A DNA stretch of 64,000 bases from an uncultured bacterium (GTDB taxonomy: Bacteria; Verrucomicrobiota; Verrucomicrobiia; Limisphaerales; UBA8199): positions 1-64,000 of the forward strand of contig CAVVMW010000018.1 of NCBI GenBank assembly GCA_963749495.1, in the 5' to 3' direction. Below are positions 10,266-21,540 of this stretch, in pieces. Each line of letters begins with the position of its first letter. The stretch's first letter is position 1. A program made the position numbers and the translations under genes. The notes beneath the pieces were generated by a model, which was given only the letters and a program-made list of their open reading frames with translations, had not been told where the DNA came from and made no database searches.

Positions 10266-12212
10266 TCAATCCGTTTCCTTCCGTTCCTGCTCCGCGGCCC
10301 TTTGCTTGTTGGCGTGGTCGAAGGCATTATCTGCGCCGCGTTTAAGCCAGACCATCAGGATGCCGATATTGGCCGGAGAGACGCCGGAGATGCGGGAGGC
10401 CTGGCCGAGAGTGGCGGGGCGGATCTTGGTGAATTTCTGCCTGGCCTCACTGCGCAGGCTCGGTACGGCCGAGTAGTCGAAAGCATCCGGGATGCGCTTG
10501 TCCTCGAAGCTCTTGAACTTAACGATCTCGTTTTCCTGGCGGCAGATATAGCCCGCGTATTTGATGGTTATCTCGACCTGTTGAATGACCTCGTCTGGCA
10601 GTTGGGGATTTCGGCTTGGGAGGTTTTTGTAGGCAACCTGGGGTCGGCGGAGCAGTTGGGCCAACGTCTCTTGCCCGCAGCGGGAGTTTTCCAGCCGCCA
10701 GATTTCAGCCTGGATGAGCGTTTGCTTCTCACGCACCGAGCGCGCCTTGCGCTCGGGGAGAAGCCCAACGGCACGCCCGATTTCGGACAGGCGCAAATCA
10801 GCATTGTCCTGGCGGAGCACCAACCTGTACTCGGCGCGCGAGGTGAACATCCGGTAGGGCTCGAATGTGCCCTTGGTGACAAGGTCATCGATCAGCACCC
10901 CTATGTAGGCCTGGTCGCGGCGCAGGGTAATGGGCTGTAGATTACGGACGCGGCGAGCGGCATTGATGCCGGCCAGGAGTCCCTGTGCCGCGGCCTCTTC
11001 ATAACCCGAAGTCCCGTTGATCTGACCCGCGAGGTAGAGATTGCGGCAGGCTTTGGTCTCGAGCGAGGCCTGGAGCTGGGTGGGAAATGCGAAATCGTAC
11101 TCGACGGCGTAGGCAGGCCGAATGATCTCCGCCTTTTCGCACCCGATGATCGTCCTTACCATCTGGACTTGCACCTCGAACGGCAAGGAGGTCGAGAAAC
11201 CGTTGACATAGATTTCATCGGTAGCTATTCCCTCGGGTTCGAGGAACAACTGCTGCCTCTCCTTCTCGGGGAACTTGACGATCTTGTCTTCGATGGATGG
11301 ACAGTATCGAGGGCCGACACCCTGGATAATCCCGGAGTAGAGAGGGGATCTGTGGAGGTTCTGCCGGATGATTTGCGCGGTTGCGTCGGTGGTGTAGGTG
11401 ATGTAGCACGGGAGTTGGCCGCCGAGCGTGGCCAGAATCGAGCCTGGTGGATAGCGAGCTGGTTGGCTCGTTGAAACCCCAATTGCTGCGGAATGTTCCA
11501 CGTGGAACAAATCATCCTTCCAATGCGTAAAGTACGGAGCGGGCTCGTCGCCCCGCTGGACCTCGGTCCTGGAAAAATCAATGGACCTCTTCAGGAGCCG
11601 AGGCGGTGTCCCCGTCTTCAGCCGGCCAAGTTCCAAACCAACTTCGATTAAAGAGGCTGACAACCCGCTCGCGGCCGCCTCACCTGCGCGCCCTCCGGAT
11701 TGTTGGTTCAGCCCGATGTGCATCAAACCCTTAAGGAAGGTTCCCGTCGTGACCACGACCGTGCGGCCCAGATAGCGCACGTCCAGCATCGTCTCGACGC
11801 CGAAGACCCCTCCATCCTTGTGGAGCAGCCTTGCACACTGCCCCTGGCGCAAATCCAGGTTCGGCTCCCGCTCGCAGACCCACTTCATCCGGAACTGGTA
11901 GGCCTTCTTGTCGCACTGGGCTCGAGGCGCCCAGACGGCCGGTCCTTTCTTCGTGTTGAGCATCCGAAACTGCAGCCCCGTCATGTCCGTGCCCAAACCC
12001 ATCTCGCCCCCAAGCGCGTCAATCTCCCGAGCCAAGTGGCCTTTGGCCAAACCCCCAATGGCCGGATTGCACGACATCTGCCCGACAGTGTCGGCGTTCA
12101 GCGTCAGCAGCAGCGTCTGGCACCCCATCCGTGCCGCTGCCAGCGCAGCTTCGATGCCGGCATGCCCGGCACCAACCACGATCACCTCATACTCTTTGGG
12201 GTAAGTGAACAT
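10266..12212 (-). CDS. mnmG: tRNA uridine-5-carboxymethylaminomethyl modification enzyme MnmG/GidA
   Basis: [71 protein letters not shown]. Confidence 0.97.
   Translation of the reverse strand: MFTYPKEYEVIVVGAGHAGIEAALAAARMGCQTLLLTLNADTVGQMSCNPAIGGLAKGHLAREIDALGGEMGLGTDMTGLQFRMLNTKKGPAVWAPRAQCDKKAYQFRMKWVCEREPNLDLRQGQCARLLHKDGGVFGVETMLDVRYLGRTVVVTTGTFLKGLMHIGLNQQSGGRAGEAAASGLSASLIEVGLELGRLKTGTPPRLLKRSIDFSRTEVQRGDEPAPYFTHWKDDLFHVEHSAAIGVSTSQPARYPPGSILATLGGQLPCYITYTTDATAQIIRQNLHRSPLYSGIIQGVGPRYCPSIEDKIVKFPEKERQQLFLEPEGIATDEIYVNGFSTSLPFEVQVQMVRTIIGCEKAEIIRPAYAVEYDFAFPTQLQASLETKACRNLYLAGQINGTSGYEEAAAQGLLAGINAARRVRNLQPITLRRDQAYIGVLIDDLVTKGTFEPYRMFTSRAEYRLVLRQDNADLRLSEIGRAVGLLPERKARSVREKQTLIQAEIWRLENSRCGQETLAQLLRRPQVAYKNLPSRNPQLPDEVIQQVEITIKYAGYICRQENEIVKFKSFEDKRIPDAFDYSAVPSLRSEARQKFTKIRPATLGQASRISGVSPANIGILMVWLKRGADNAFDHANKQRAAEQERKETD
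11494..11509. promoter_or_regulatory. parS centromere-like site inside mnmG
   Basis: Perfect 16-bp palindrome TGTTCCACGTGGAACA matching the parS consensus; encodes FHVEH. Confidence 0.85.
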
Positions 12213-13792
12213 AGTCGGTATATTGCCTTGAACCGCGACGACCCTGGCGATTTGCGAATACCGCGCTGCGGATTAGCCGCCAGATGCTCGCATATCTTGA
12301 AAACGGTCTCGGCTTCATCTTTGGCCCCTATGGCCTGAGCGAGTTGAGAGACTGAGCCGCCATCCGGACAATTCTCGAGTTGCCCAAGGATTTTTCTTTG
12401 GAGGTCGATGACCACTTTACCGGCTTCTTTGCCGGCCTGGACACCAGGCTGATGGTAAGCATTAACGTTAATTAACGAAGCATAGAGTCCTACTGCTCGT
12501 TCGAAAAGCGCTATGATTACACCAACGTTAAATGGTGATATATCTGCTATAGTTAGCGTTATAGATTGTCGGCCGCTCTCGAAAAGTGCCTGCCGTGTCC
12601 CAAGCAGCAAGCCACTCAAGTAGTCACCTGACGTCACCTTTTCCTCGACCATGACTGCCGGGCCGTTTCGATCATGAAGGACCTCGATGAATGTGACGAA
12701 GAAGTTGTCGAGGCCGTCTCTCAACTGCTGTATATATGAATGTTGGTCGGTCGAGCCTTTGTTCCCGAGAACCGTAATGCCCTGGTGGACCACCTTTCCA
12801 TCGAGGTCGAGACGTTTGCCTAGAGACTCCATCACGAGTTGCTGAAGGTACTTGGAAAAGAGCTCAAGTCGGTCTTTATAGGGCAGAATGACCATATTCT
12901 TCTTCCCTTTACCGTTACCGGCGTGGAACCACATGGCCGCGAGCTGGGCGGCAGGGTTGGTCCGGGTGTTCTTCGAGCGAGTGACCTCGTCGCATGCCTT
13001 GGCCCCGGCCAGCATCGAGTCAATGTCAATCCCTTGCAGCGCTGCGGGCAGTAACCCTACGGCGGACAACTCACTGGTCCTGCCCCCAACCCAATCCCAC
13101 ATCGGAAAACGAGTGAGCCAATTCGCCGCGTGCTTGTCCAGGAGGCTGCCCCGCATGGTGACGGCGACAGCGTGGGCCGCGAAGTCCAGCCCCGCGCGGG
13201 AATAGGCCGCTTCGGCCTCGATCATCCCATTGCGCGTCTCCGGGGTTGTCCCGGACTTGGAAATCACCAATGTCAACGTCTGGCCCAGTTCGGGTCTGAG
13301 CCGGTCCAGCACCTTGTCCATGCCGTCGGGGTCGGTGTTGTCGAAGAAGAAGAGGCTCATCTTGTCCTTGCCCGGTTGGCCCAGGGCGTTGGCGATGAAT
13401 TGCGGCCCGAGGGCCGAACCGCCGATGCCGATGAGCAGGACGTTCTTGAAAGGCCCCTTGGAGCCAGCGACAGCGCCCGCGTGGACCTGGGCCGCAAATT
13501 GCTTGACCGCATTAAGCGCCTCCTCGATTCCCTTGCGGATTTCGGCCGAAGGCGCCAACGCAGGAGCACGCAACCAGTAGTGGCCGACCATGCGTTTCTC
13601 GTCCGGATTCGCTTCCGCCCCCTTTTCAAGTTTGGCCATTGCAGCCAGGGCCTGCCTCAGCCTCGGTTGCATGGATTGAAAATAGTCCTCGGCAAAATCC
13701 ATCCGGCTCAGGTCCACGGCCAGGCCCAAGGCAGGATATTCCGTCGAGTACTTCTGACAGCGCTGCCACAGTTGCCATTTGGAGCGTTTCAT
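12182..13792 (-). CDS. pgi: Glucose-6-phosphate isomerase
   Basis: [59 protein letters not shown]. Confidence 0.95.
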   Translation of the reverse strand: MKRSKWQLWQRCQKYSTEYPALGLAVDLSRMDFAEDYFQSMQPRLRQALAAMAKLEKGAEANPDEKRMVGHYWLRAPALAPSAEIRKGIEEALNAVKQFAAQVHAGAVAGSKGPFKNVLLIGIGGSALGPQFIANALGQPGKDKMSLFFFDNTDPDGMDKVLDRLRPELGQTLTLVISKSGTTPETRNGMIEAEAAYSRAGLDFAAHAVAVTMRGSLLDKHAANWLTRFPMWDWVGGRTSELSAVGLLPAALQGIDIDSMLAGAKACDEVTRSKNTRTNPAAQLAAMWFHAGNGKGKKNMVILPYKDRLELFSKYLQQLVMESLGKRLDLDGKVVHQGITVLGNKGSTDQHSYIQQLRDGLDNFFVTFIEVLHDRNGPAVMVEEKVTSGDYLSGLLLGTRQALFESGRQSITLTIADISPFNVGVIIALFERAVGLYASLINVNAYHQPGVQAGKEAGKVVIDLQRKILGQLENCPDGGSVSQLAQAIGAKDEAETVFKICEHLAANPQRGIRKSPGSSRFKAIYRLCSLTPKSMR

Positions 13793-13894
13793 AACCAGGA
13801 TTAAGTGTAGCCCAGCCCCGTGGCGCCGCAACAAAATCGGCGGCGAGGCAAAATCATTTTTGGCAAAATCATTGGAAGATGCCCCTTTGGCCTG

Positions 13895-13957
13895 TTTCAC
13901 GCTTCACGCTTCACGCTTCACGTTTCACGTTTCACGTTTCACGCTTCACGCTTCACG
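13895..13957. repeat. Heptamer tandem repeat (TTCACGY)n
   Basis: About 9 units immediately after the argS stop. Confidence 0.85.
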
Positions 13958-13961
13958 TGCC

Positions 13962-15746
13962 CTACATTTGTTCGAGCGTCTCGATGCCGAGGACCTCGAG
14001 GCCCTGCTTGAGGACCCGCGCGGTCAGTTCGCACAGGACCAGGCGAGTGCGGCGTTGCGCCGGCTCGGCCTTGAGCACCGGGCAGCTCTCATAAAAGGCA
14101 GTAAAGGCCCCGGCCAGGTCGAAAAGATAATTGCAAAGGAAATTGGGCCGGAATTCCTCGGCGGCGGCCTCCAGCACGAGCCCAAAATCCAGGAGGCGCT
14201 TGGCGAGCGCCAGTTCCTGCGGCGCGCCCAGGGTCAATGCCAACGCCGGGCCCGGGCCGGACGCCGGGCGCTCGCCGCCCTTGCGGAAGATGCTGCGCAC
14301 GCGCGCGTAGGCATATTGCAGGTAAGGGGCTGTATTGCCGTTCAAGGCCAGGAGCCTGTCCCAACTGAAAACGTAATCGCTCTGCCGGTTGGGCAGCAGG
14401 TCGGCGTACTTGACCGCGCCGATGCCGACGATGCGGGCTATGTCGCGCCGCTGGGCCTCGGGCAGCTCGGGGCTTTTTTCGGAAACGACCTTGAACGCGC
14501 GTTCCTCGGCCTCGTCGAGGAGGTCCGCCAAACCGATTGTCTCGCCTGAGCGGGTCTTGAATGGCCTGCCGTCCTCGCCGAGGATCGAGCCGAACCAGAC
14601 ATGCGCCAGCCGCGCGCGGGCCTCGGGATGCCAGCGCCGGAAACTGGCGAATAACTGCCGAAAATGGAGCTGCTGGCGCCCGTCGGTGACGTAAATCACC
14701 TCGTCGGCGTGCCAGGTCCCGACCCGATGCGCCAGCGTGGCCAGGTCGCTGGTGGCGTAGTTGAATCCGCCGTCGCTCTTCCGGACGATGAACGGGTTGG
14801 GCACCCACTCGCCCTCCTTGTGGATGAGAAACGGGTCGTCCTTGGGCGGCAGGGAGCCGTCGGACAGGATGGCCTTGGCGCCCCGGCTCTCGACGGCGAT
14901 GCCGCGTTGGAGCAGTTCGTCCACCACGCCCTGGAGCTGGGAGTTATAGAAGCTCTCGCCGTGGGTGTAATCGAACTTCACCCCCAGCCGGCCATAGATC
15001 GAGTCGAACTGGGTCTGCGAGAGGCGGATCATCTCGCGCCAGATGGCCAGGTTCTCGGAATCGCCGGCCTGGAGCTTGACCAGCTCGGCCCGGGCGCGGT
15101 CGCGCGCGGCGGGGTCGAAGCCTGGCTTATCCTTGTCACAATGCGCGCTAATCCCCCGGTAGAGCCGCTCCATTTCACCCAGGGGGTCGGCCTGGAGGCG
15201 GGCGGGGTCCAGGGCCGTCTTCCACGCGGCCAGCAGCATGCCGAACTGCGTGCCCCAATCTCCCAGGTGATTGTCCGTGATGACGCGGTGCCCGAGCAAT
15301 CGGAGCACCCGCGCCAGCGAATCGCCCAGGATCGTCGAGCGGATATGGCCCACGTGCATCCGCTTGGCCACATTGGGCGAGCTGAAGTCCACCACCACCG
15401 TCCGGGGCCGGGCCGCCTTTTGGAAGAAGAGGTGCTCGCCGCGGGCCGCCGCCTCCAGCGCCTGCGCCACCGCGGCGGGCTTGAGCCGGAAGTTCAGAAA
15501 GCCGGCCCCGGCAACCTGGACCTCCTCGCACCACTGGCCGACATCGAGCCGCGCGGCCACGGCATTGGCCAACTGGCGCGGGTTGGTCTTGAGCGCCTTG
15601 GCCAGCGCCATCAGGGCATTGCTCTGGTAATCACCGAACCTCGGGTCAGGGCAGGGCCGGATCAGCACAGAGTCGGTCCCGGCCTCGGGCACGACGGCCT
15701 TCACGGCCTCCTGCAGCCGTTTCTCGATCAATTTACTGGGCACCAT
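13962..15746 (-). CDS. argS: Arginine--tRNA ligase
   Basis: GDYQSN, VDFSSPNVAKRMHVGHIRST, NHLGDWGTQFG, FKTRSG, GNTAPYLQYAYAR. Confidence 0.97.
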   Translation of the reverse strand: MVPSKLIEKRLQEAVKAVVPEAGTDSVLIRPCPDPRFGDYQSNALMALAKALKTNPRQLANAVAARLDVGQWCEEVQVAGAGFLNFRLKPAAVAQALEAAARGEHLFFQKAARPRTVVVDFSSPNVAKRMHVGHIRSTILGDSLARVLRLLGHRVITDNHLGDWGTQFGMLLAAWKTALDPARLQADPLGEMERLYRGISAHCDKDKPGFDPAARDRARAELVKLQAGDSENLAIWREMIRLSQTQFDSIYGRLGVKFDYTHGESFYNSQLQGVVDELLQRGIAVESRGAKAILSDGSLPPKDDPFLIHKEGEWVPNPFIVRKSDGGFNYATSDLATLAHRVGTWHADEVIYVTDGRQQLHFRQLFASFRRWHPEARARLAHVWFGSILGEDGRPFKTRSGETIGLADLLDEAEERAFKVVSEKSPELPEAQRRDIARIVGIGAVKYADLLPNRQSDYVFSWDRLLALNGNTAPYLQYAYARVRSIFRKGGERPASGPGPALALTLGAPQELALAKRLLDFGLVLEAAAEEFRPNFLCNYLFDLAGAFTAFYESCPVLKAEPAQRRTRLVLCELTARVLKQGLEVLGIETLEQM

Positions 15747-15802
15747 GGAGCCACCTCATTGTGGGGCGCGATTAAAACCGTCGGTCAGCCGGCGGCGGTT
15801 CT

Positions 15803-15994
15803 TTGCCCCGAAGGGGCTTCCGACAATAGCCCGGCGTTTCAACGCCGGGTGAGCGGACCCAACGAGCAGGTCCGTCCCGAAGGGACGGCTGAAAGCGAGG
15901 AGTATTCTCAGTCGTCCCTTCGGGACGAGGGTCCCGGTTGCAACCTCCCCGGCGTCGAGACGCCGGGCTATTCTCAGATGTCCCTCCGGGACAA
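15803..15994. repeat. Multi-hairpin REPIN-like element, copy 1
   Basis: AATAGCCCGGCGTTTCAACGCCGGG ... CCCGGCGTCGAGACGCCGGGCTATT; close copy at 58382-58572, related one at 54021-54246. Confidence 0.8.
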
Positions 15995-16034
15995 AACCCC
16001 CGAGGCCCATGCCCGACACTTTTAGCCGCGCCCC

Positions 16035-16508
16035 TCATTGTGGCTGCTCTTTGCCCTGTTCGCGGATGATGCGGAGCATGGTCAGGGCATCGGGGGCCTG
16101 TTCGAGGGCCTGGCGGAACTCGGCGTTGTGGAGCAACCTGGCGATCTTGGCCAAGGTATGGAGGTGCTTTTGGAACTGGCCCTGGGGCACCAGGAAGAGC
16201 ATGACGAGGTTCACGGGCTGATTGTCCAGGGCATCGAAATTGACGCCCTTGCTGGAGCGTCCCAAGGCGCCGACCACCTCGCCAATGAGGTCGGTCGAGG
16301 CGTGAGGAATGCCGATGCCGAAACCGATGCCGGTGCTCATCGAGGACTCGCGTTTCTTGACCACGGCCGCGATGGCGTCATGGTGCTCGGGCTTGATCTT
16401 GCCCGTAGCCACGAGGTTGTTAATCAGCTCATCGATGGCCTCCCAGCGGTTTGCAGCCTGGAGCTCCGTGATGATCTGCTCTGTGCTCAGAATATCGGCT
16501 AGGTCCAT
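16035..16508 (-). CDS. PTS IIA-like (PtsN/fructose-type) protein
   Basis: KRESSMSTGIGFGIGIPHA, GVNFDALDNQPVNLVMLF, HLHTLAKIARLL. Confidence 0.9.
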   Translation of the reverse strand: MDLADILSTEQIITELQAANRWEAIDELINNLVATGKIKPEHHDAIAAVVKKRESSMSTGIGFGIGIPHASTDLIGEVVGALGRSSKGVNFDALDNQPVNLVMLFLVPQGQFQKHLHTLAKIARLLHNAEFRQALEQAPDALTMLRIIREQGKEQPQ

Positions 16509-16619
16509 AGCGTCGGATTCAGTCCACCCGGCCATTTCGCCTCAAGTCACCCTGCTTATCAAGAGCGAAGTTCGCAGCGTAACTTACGCTGGAATCCCAA
16601 CGATACAAACGGGCGCCGC

Positions 16620-17273
16620 TCAGAGCAAGCCCCCCAGCCGGCGGAGGACCTCCCCGGTGCTGCTGAGCCACCAGCCCAGGGCCTTGAGCACGCCCACGCG
16701 GGTCGTGAGCACCGGCACCCCCACCAGCAGCACCGCCATGTTCCCCAGGAAGATAATCACGGCGGAAAACAGGTATCCGTGCTGGGCCAGGTCGTTCTGC
16801 CGGCTCTTGAGGATGTGCGCGGTCAGCGTCACGTGGAAGGCATAAGCGGCGCCCAGCAGGAGGTGGAACCAGACCACATAGGGGCGCCAGTTCCAGACCA
16901 GGTGCCCCGCCACGAACACCACCACCACCAGGATGGCATAGATGGGACAGAAATACGGGGCCAGCGAGATCAGGAAATTGTTCCGCGTGACCACCACGTG
17001 CCCGCCCTGGGCCGAGGCCTTGAATTTCCGGACGCTGCCGCCCATCAGCCAGGCCCAAAGCGCATGGGTCAATTCGTGCCCGAAGACGTAAAGCAGCATC
17101 GGCTTGGGCAACAGCAAGTATATCACCACCCAGCAGGCCGCGCCGGCCAGCGTGGCCACCCAGATCCTGTCCGCATCCCCGCTGGCCTGCAGCACCCGCC
17201 ACAGCGCCGCCGCCGCCCCGCCGCACACGGGCAACAACAACAGCGCAATGATGACTTTCACCCATTTGGGCAC
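16620..17273 (-). CDS. Membrane protein with HEXXH motif (peptidase M50-like)
   Basis: YVFGHELTHA, GGHV, NFLISLAPYF, several hydrophobic helices; GTG start inferred. Confidence 0.7.
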   Translation of the reverse strand: MPKWVKVIIALLLLPVCGGAAAALWRVLQASGDADRIWVATLAGAACWVVIYLLLPKPMLLYVFGHELTHALWAWLMGGSVRKFKASAQGGHVVVTRNNFLISLAPYFCPIYAILVVVVFVAGHLVWNWRPYVVWFHLLLGAAYAFHVTLTAHILKSRQNDLAQHGYLFSAVIIFLGNMAVLLVGVPVLTTRVGVLKALGWWLSSTGEVLRRLGGLL

Positions 17274-17348
17274 GCAGCCATTATTTCCCCGCGCCCGCCG
17301 GCTGCAACAATAAACAAGCGGACAGGCGGAGACGGAGTGCCGGGCAAA

Positions 17349-17494
17349 CCCCTCACCCCGGCCCTCTCCCCTTCCGAAGGGGAGAGGGAGAAGCGTCGGC
17401 AGTCTCTTGAACTTCCAGGCGTCTCTGGTTCCTCGAGCGGCTACGGACAATTCTCCCTCTCCCCATCCGATGGGGAGAGGGCCGGGGTGAGGGG
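17349..17494. repeat. REP doublet CCCTCACCCCGGCCCTCTCCC family
   Basis: Two inverted hairpin units; a single unit also at 19846-19891. Confidence 0.8.
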
Positions 17495-17592
17495 TCTGCC
17501 CCCGTGACGCTCCCGCCCTCAATGAGGCCTCACAGGCGGTTTCTGCCGCCACTTTACGCTCCGAGCTCGAGGTGTTAGGCTGCACAGGCCGG

Positions 17593-19224
17593 ATGAAAAC
17601 CTCACCTTCCATTGGCGAATACCTTATTGAACGGCTCTACGCGCACGGGGTGCGCCACGTCTTCGGCATACCGGGCGATTACGTGCTGGGCTTTTACGAC
17701 CTGCTCTCAAAGAGCAAACTGCGCATTGTCAACACGTGCGGCGAGGAGGGCGCGGGTTTTGCCGCCGATGCTTATGCGCGCGTGCGCGGGCTGGGCGCCG
17801 TGTGCGTCACCTACTGCGTGGGCGGCCTCAAGGTGGCCAACCCCACCGCCGAGGCCTTCGCGGAAAAGTCCCCCGTGGTCGTCATCAGCGGCGCGCCGGG
17901 CATGATGGAACGTCGGAAAAACCCGCTGCTCCATCACAAGGTGCGGGAGTTCGACACGCAAAAAAAAGTCTTCGAGCAGCTTACCGTGGCGGCGACGGTC
18001 CTGAGCGAGCCGCAGACGGCGTTCCAAGAGATCGACCGCGTCCTGCACGCGGCCTTGCGTTACAAGCGCCCGGTCTATATCGAGCTGCCCCGCGACATGG
18101 CGGCGGTGCCGGGCATCCCCCATCACCGGGCGCAGGAGATCCACGAACGGAGCAATCCCCACAGCCTGCGCGCCGCGTTGGCCGAGGCCGCCGAGATGAT
18201 CGCAGCCGCCCGCCAGCCGGTCATCCTGGCCGACGTCGAGGTGCACCGCTTCGGCCTGCAGGAATTGCTCCTCAAACTGGTCCAGCAGACCCGCATCCCC
18301 GTCGCCGCCACCGTCCTGGGCAAATCCGTCATCGGCGAGCAGCACCCGCTCTACCTCGGCGTCTATGAAGGCGCCATGGGACGCGACGACGTTCGCCGCT
18401 ACGTCGAGGAGAGCGATTGCGTCATCCTCCTGGGGGCATTCATGACGGACATCAACCTGGGCGTCTATACCGCCCGGCTGGACCCGGTCCGCTCGATCTA
18501 TGCCACCAGCGAGAAACTCTCGATCCGGTATCACACCTACGAGGAGGTCCGGTTCAAGGACTTCCTTCGCGGGCTGCTGCGCCTGCCCCTGCGCCGCGCC
18601 GGCCCGGGCAAAATCCCGCACCCCGCCCCCATTCACCCCTTCAAGAGCACCGGCGCAAAGTTGACCGTCAAACGCCTCTTCGAGCGCCTCAATGCCTTCC
18701 TGTCCGCCCGGACCGTCGTGGTGGCCAACGTCGGCGATGCCTTGTTTGGCGCGACCGACCTTTTCATCCGCCAACGGACCGAGTTCATCAGCCCGGCGTA
18801 TTACACCTCGATGGGTTTTGCCGTGCCCGCCTGCGTCGGCGCGCAACTGGCCAATCCCAAGCTGCGCCCCCTGGTGCTGGTGGGCGACGGGGCGTTTCAA
18901 ATGACCGGCATGGAGCTGGCCACCGTGGCGCGCAACGGGCTGAACCCCGTGGTCGTGGTCCTCAACAACGGCGGCTACGGCACCGAACGCCAGATGCAGG
19001 ACGGCCCCTACAACGACCTCTGGCCCTGGGACTATAGCCGCATCCCCGAAATCCTCGGCGCCGGCCGCGGCTTCGTGGTCCGGACCGAAACCGACCTCGA
19101 CGCCGCCCTGACCGAGGCCGAGGACTGGACCGAGAGCTTCTGCCTGCTGGACGTGCACCTGGACCCCCTGGACCGCTCCCCGGCCCTGGAAAGACTGGCG
19201 GGCAGACTGGCAAGAAGACTCTAG
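17593..19224 (+). CDS. TPP-dependent alpha-keto acid decarboxylase (pyruvate/indolepyruvate decarboxylase family)
   Basis: [32 protein letters not shown] motif [17 protein letters not shown]. Confidence 0.9.
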   Translation: MKTSPSIGEYLIERLYAHGVRHVFGIPGDYVLGFYDLLSKSKLRIVNTCGEEGAGFAADAYARVRGLGAVCVTYCVGGLKVANPTAEAFAEKSPVVVISGAPGMMERRKNPLLHHKVREFDTQKKVFEQLTVAATVLSEPQTAFQEIDRVLHAALRYKRPVYIELPRDMAAVPGIPHHRAQEIHERSNPHSLRAALAEAAEMIAAARQPVILADVEVHRFGLQELLLKLVQQTRIPVAATVLGKSVIGEQHPLYLGVYEGAMGRDDVRRYVEESDCVILLGAFMTDINLGVYTARLDPVRSIYATSEKLSIRYHTYEEVRFKDFLRGLLRLPLRRAGPGKIPHPAPIHPFKSTGAKLTVKRLFERLNAFLSARTVVVANVGDALFGATDLFIRQRTEFISPAYYTSMGFAVPACVGAQLANPKLRPLVLVGDGAFQMTGMELATVARNGLNPVVVVLNNGGYGTERQMQDGPYNDLWPWDYSRIPEILGAGRGFVVRTETDLDAALTEAEDWTESFCLLDVHLDPLDRSPALERLAGRLARRL

Positions 19225-19260
19225 GCAACCTCAAAACGTTTCAATCGCCGGGAGGGGCGC

Positions 19261-19767
19261 GGGCCCTTTGACAAAGTCGTAGCGCAGGTTTCCAAACCTG
19301 CTGTATCGCCGATTTCCAATCGGCAGGGCGTCGGCATGTAGAGCGCCCCCGATTTGCGGACGGCCTGCGGGTTTGGAAACCTGCGCTACGCTGGCGCCCC
19401 CGGCGCACAGGCGCACCGAGCGACTTTGTCAATGGCCCTGCGGGAGGTGCCCCAGGGCCGAAGGCCCTCCATGTGAGAGCCCGGGCTGGAGCGGAGCGGA
19501 GGCCCGGGTAAGCCAGCGCCCCTCGAAAAGCCCCGGTCTGTGAGGCCGGGACCTTATGGCGCCCTCTCCATGAACCGCCAGGTTTTGGACTGCGGCAGTC
19601 CAAAACGCTTCGCGGGACGGGAACGCAGTGTCGAGGTTCAGGGGCGCAAAGCGCGAATTCGTTCGGGGAATTCTTACAGGGCGCGCGGCCGTTGTGGCCC
19701 GGTGACCTGGGCCTCCGCTCGCAAGCTCGCTCCAGCCCAGGCTCTCACATTTCGGGCTTTCAGCCCG
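19261..19767. repeat. Composite repeat block of about 500 bp, copy A
   Basis: Near-identical direct copy at 20925-21454; starts with the TTGACAAAGTC-ended GTAG-type REP element. Confidence 0.85.
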
Positions 19768-19936
19768 GGGACGGGCGCATCCGGGGGGGCGGAGTCGGAA
19801 TGCGCCCGTCGGGAGACGCCTGGAGGCTCCCGAGACTGCCGACGCTTCTCCCTCTCCCCTTCGGAAGGGGAGAGGGCCGGGGTGAGGGGTCCGCCGGCAC
19901 GTTGTCTGCGCCTTCCCGACCGTTTACGCCGGGGCC

Positions 19937-20785
19937 TTACTTTCTTGGCGCCATTCTATCTTTGACCCAGTTGATATCGTTTTTGTCGGCGGGGCTGGTG
20001 CAGACCAAGGCGCCCGCGTGCCGGTCCGTGTAGGTCACCGCCAACCAGGTGGGGCTGCGCAGTTTGCCGAGCCAACGTTTGATGACTGAATGGCCATCTG
20101 CGAAAGCGAAACCACACGCGCCGTTGTGGTAGTTTGCAGGGAAATCGCACCACCCGTACAAGCCGCCGTAACCGTTCAACACGGGGAAGAAAAAGGCGTC
20201 GTTGATGGAGTCCGGGTGTTCGTCCAGGAACACGAACACATCCACGGGTCCGGGGTTCCTGATATTGGACATGGTCCTGAATCCCCGCCACTTGTCGAAG
20301 CCGGAGGCATCGGTCGAGGGATCGTCTCCGGAGTAAGTATTCATGCTGACGCTGCGCACCCGCTCCTTCCAGCCCACGGCTCGCTGTGCGGGGCTGACGT
20401 AAATGTCGGCGGGGCACTTGTAGAGGTTCTTCGAGTTCGCAAAGTACTTGGCCAGGCAGGCGAGCTTCGGATCCAGGAGCAGTTGGAGGTTCGTGTTCAC
20501 CGAGCTGGTCGTCCAGTCCAGCCAGCCGGCGCCCACGAAGGCGCCGGGGTCCGTGACCCGGTCGCTATTGTCCGTGGCGTACATGTAATAGGAATAGCCG
20601 AGCTGCCGCGTGTTGCTCATGCACTGGACGCCTTGCGCCTTGCTCCTGGCCTTGCCCAGCGCCGGCAAGAGCATCGCCGCGAGGATGGCAATGATGGCAA
20701 TCACCACCAGCAACTCAATCAGCGTGAATCCATGGCGGGCCACACGATTGGCTCGCGTTCTGGTTTGGGTTTCCTTTGTGTTCAT
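19937..20785 (-). CDS. Prepilin-type N-terminal / H-X9-DG protein
   Basis: [54 protein letters not shown]. Confidence 0.9.
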   Translation of the reverse strand: MNTKETQTRTRANRVARHGFTLIELLVVIAIIAILAAMLLPALGKARSKAQGVQCMSNTRQLGYSYYMYATDNSDRVTDPGAFVGAGWLDWTTSSVNTNLQLLLDPKLACLAKYFANSKNLYKCPADIYVSPAQRAVGWKERVRSVSMNTYSGDDPSTDASGFDKWRGFRTMSNIRNPGPVDVFVFLDEHPDSINDAFFFPVLNGYGGLYGWCDFPANYHNGACGFAFADGHSVIKRWLGKLRSPTWLAVTYTDRHAGALVCTSPADKNDINWVKDRMAPRK

Positions 20786-20924
20786 AATCTTGTTTCAGTC
20801 GCATTGACGTTCAACGAGCGAAACGGAACGACCGCGGATCCTGTCCGGGAGATTGCATGCCGCATAGAATAATCCGCCGGAGCGAAATCTCAATATCAAA
20901 ACACCGGTTGCCGCCCTCCCTCGA

Positions 20925-21454
20925 GGGCCCTTGACAGCGTTGTAGCGCAGGTTTCCAAACCTGCTGTATCGCCGATTTCCAATCGGCAGGGCGCCGGCAT
21001 GTCGAGCGCCCCCGATTTGCGGACGGCCTGCGGGTTTGGAAACCCGCGATACGGCAGGTTTGGAAACCTGCGCTACGGTGGCGCCCCCGGCGCACAGGCG
21101 CACCGAGCGACTTTGTCAATGGCCCTGCGGGAGGTGCCCCAGGGCCGAAGGCCCTCCATGTGAGAGCCCGGGCTGGAGCGAAGCGGAGGCCCGGGTAAGC
21201 CAGCGCCCCTCGAAAAGCCCCGGCCTGTGAGGCCGGGACCTTATGGCGCCCTCTCCATGAACCGCCAGGTTTTGGACTGCGGCAGTCCAAAACGCTTCGC
21301 GGGACGGGAACGCAGTGTCGAGGTTCAGGGGCGCAAAGCGCGAATTCGTTCGGGGAATTCTTACAGGGCGCGCGGCCGTCGTGGCCCGGTGACCTGGGCC
21401 TCCGCTCGCAAGCTCGCTCCAGCCCAGGCTGTCACATCTCGGGCTTTCAGCCCG
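20925..21454. repeat. Composite repeat block, copy B
   Basis: Direct repeat of 19261-19767 with one extra GGTTTGGAAACC unit. Confidence 0.85.
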
Positions 21455-21540
21455 AAGCGTCCCTCGTCACCCCCGCACGGAACTCTTCAATCACGCATCA
21501 CGCATCACGTTTCACCTTTCACGCATCCCCTCGCCCCCCG

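Noticed and set aside
13895..13957. Additional parS sites
   Set aside because: GTTTCACG resembles a half-site but occurs as direct heptamers with no 16-bp palindrome
19241..19965. Paralogous small ORFs in the repeat blocks (also 20795-21580, 10006-10476, 49678-50212)
   Set aside because: Translations of repeat DNA, not independent genes
19261..21454. CRISPR array or integron attC array
   Set aside because: No constant 25-45 bp repeats with unique spacers, no cas or integrase gene; repeats are palindromic REP/MITE types
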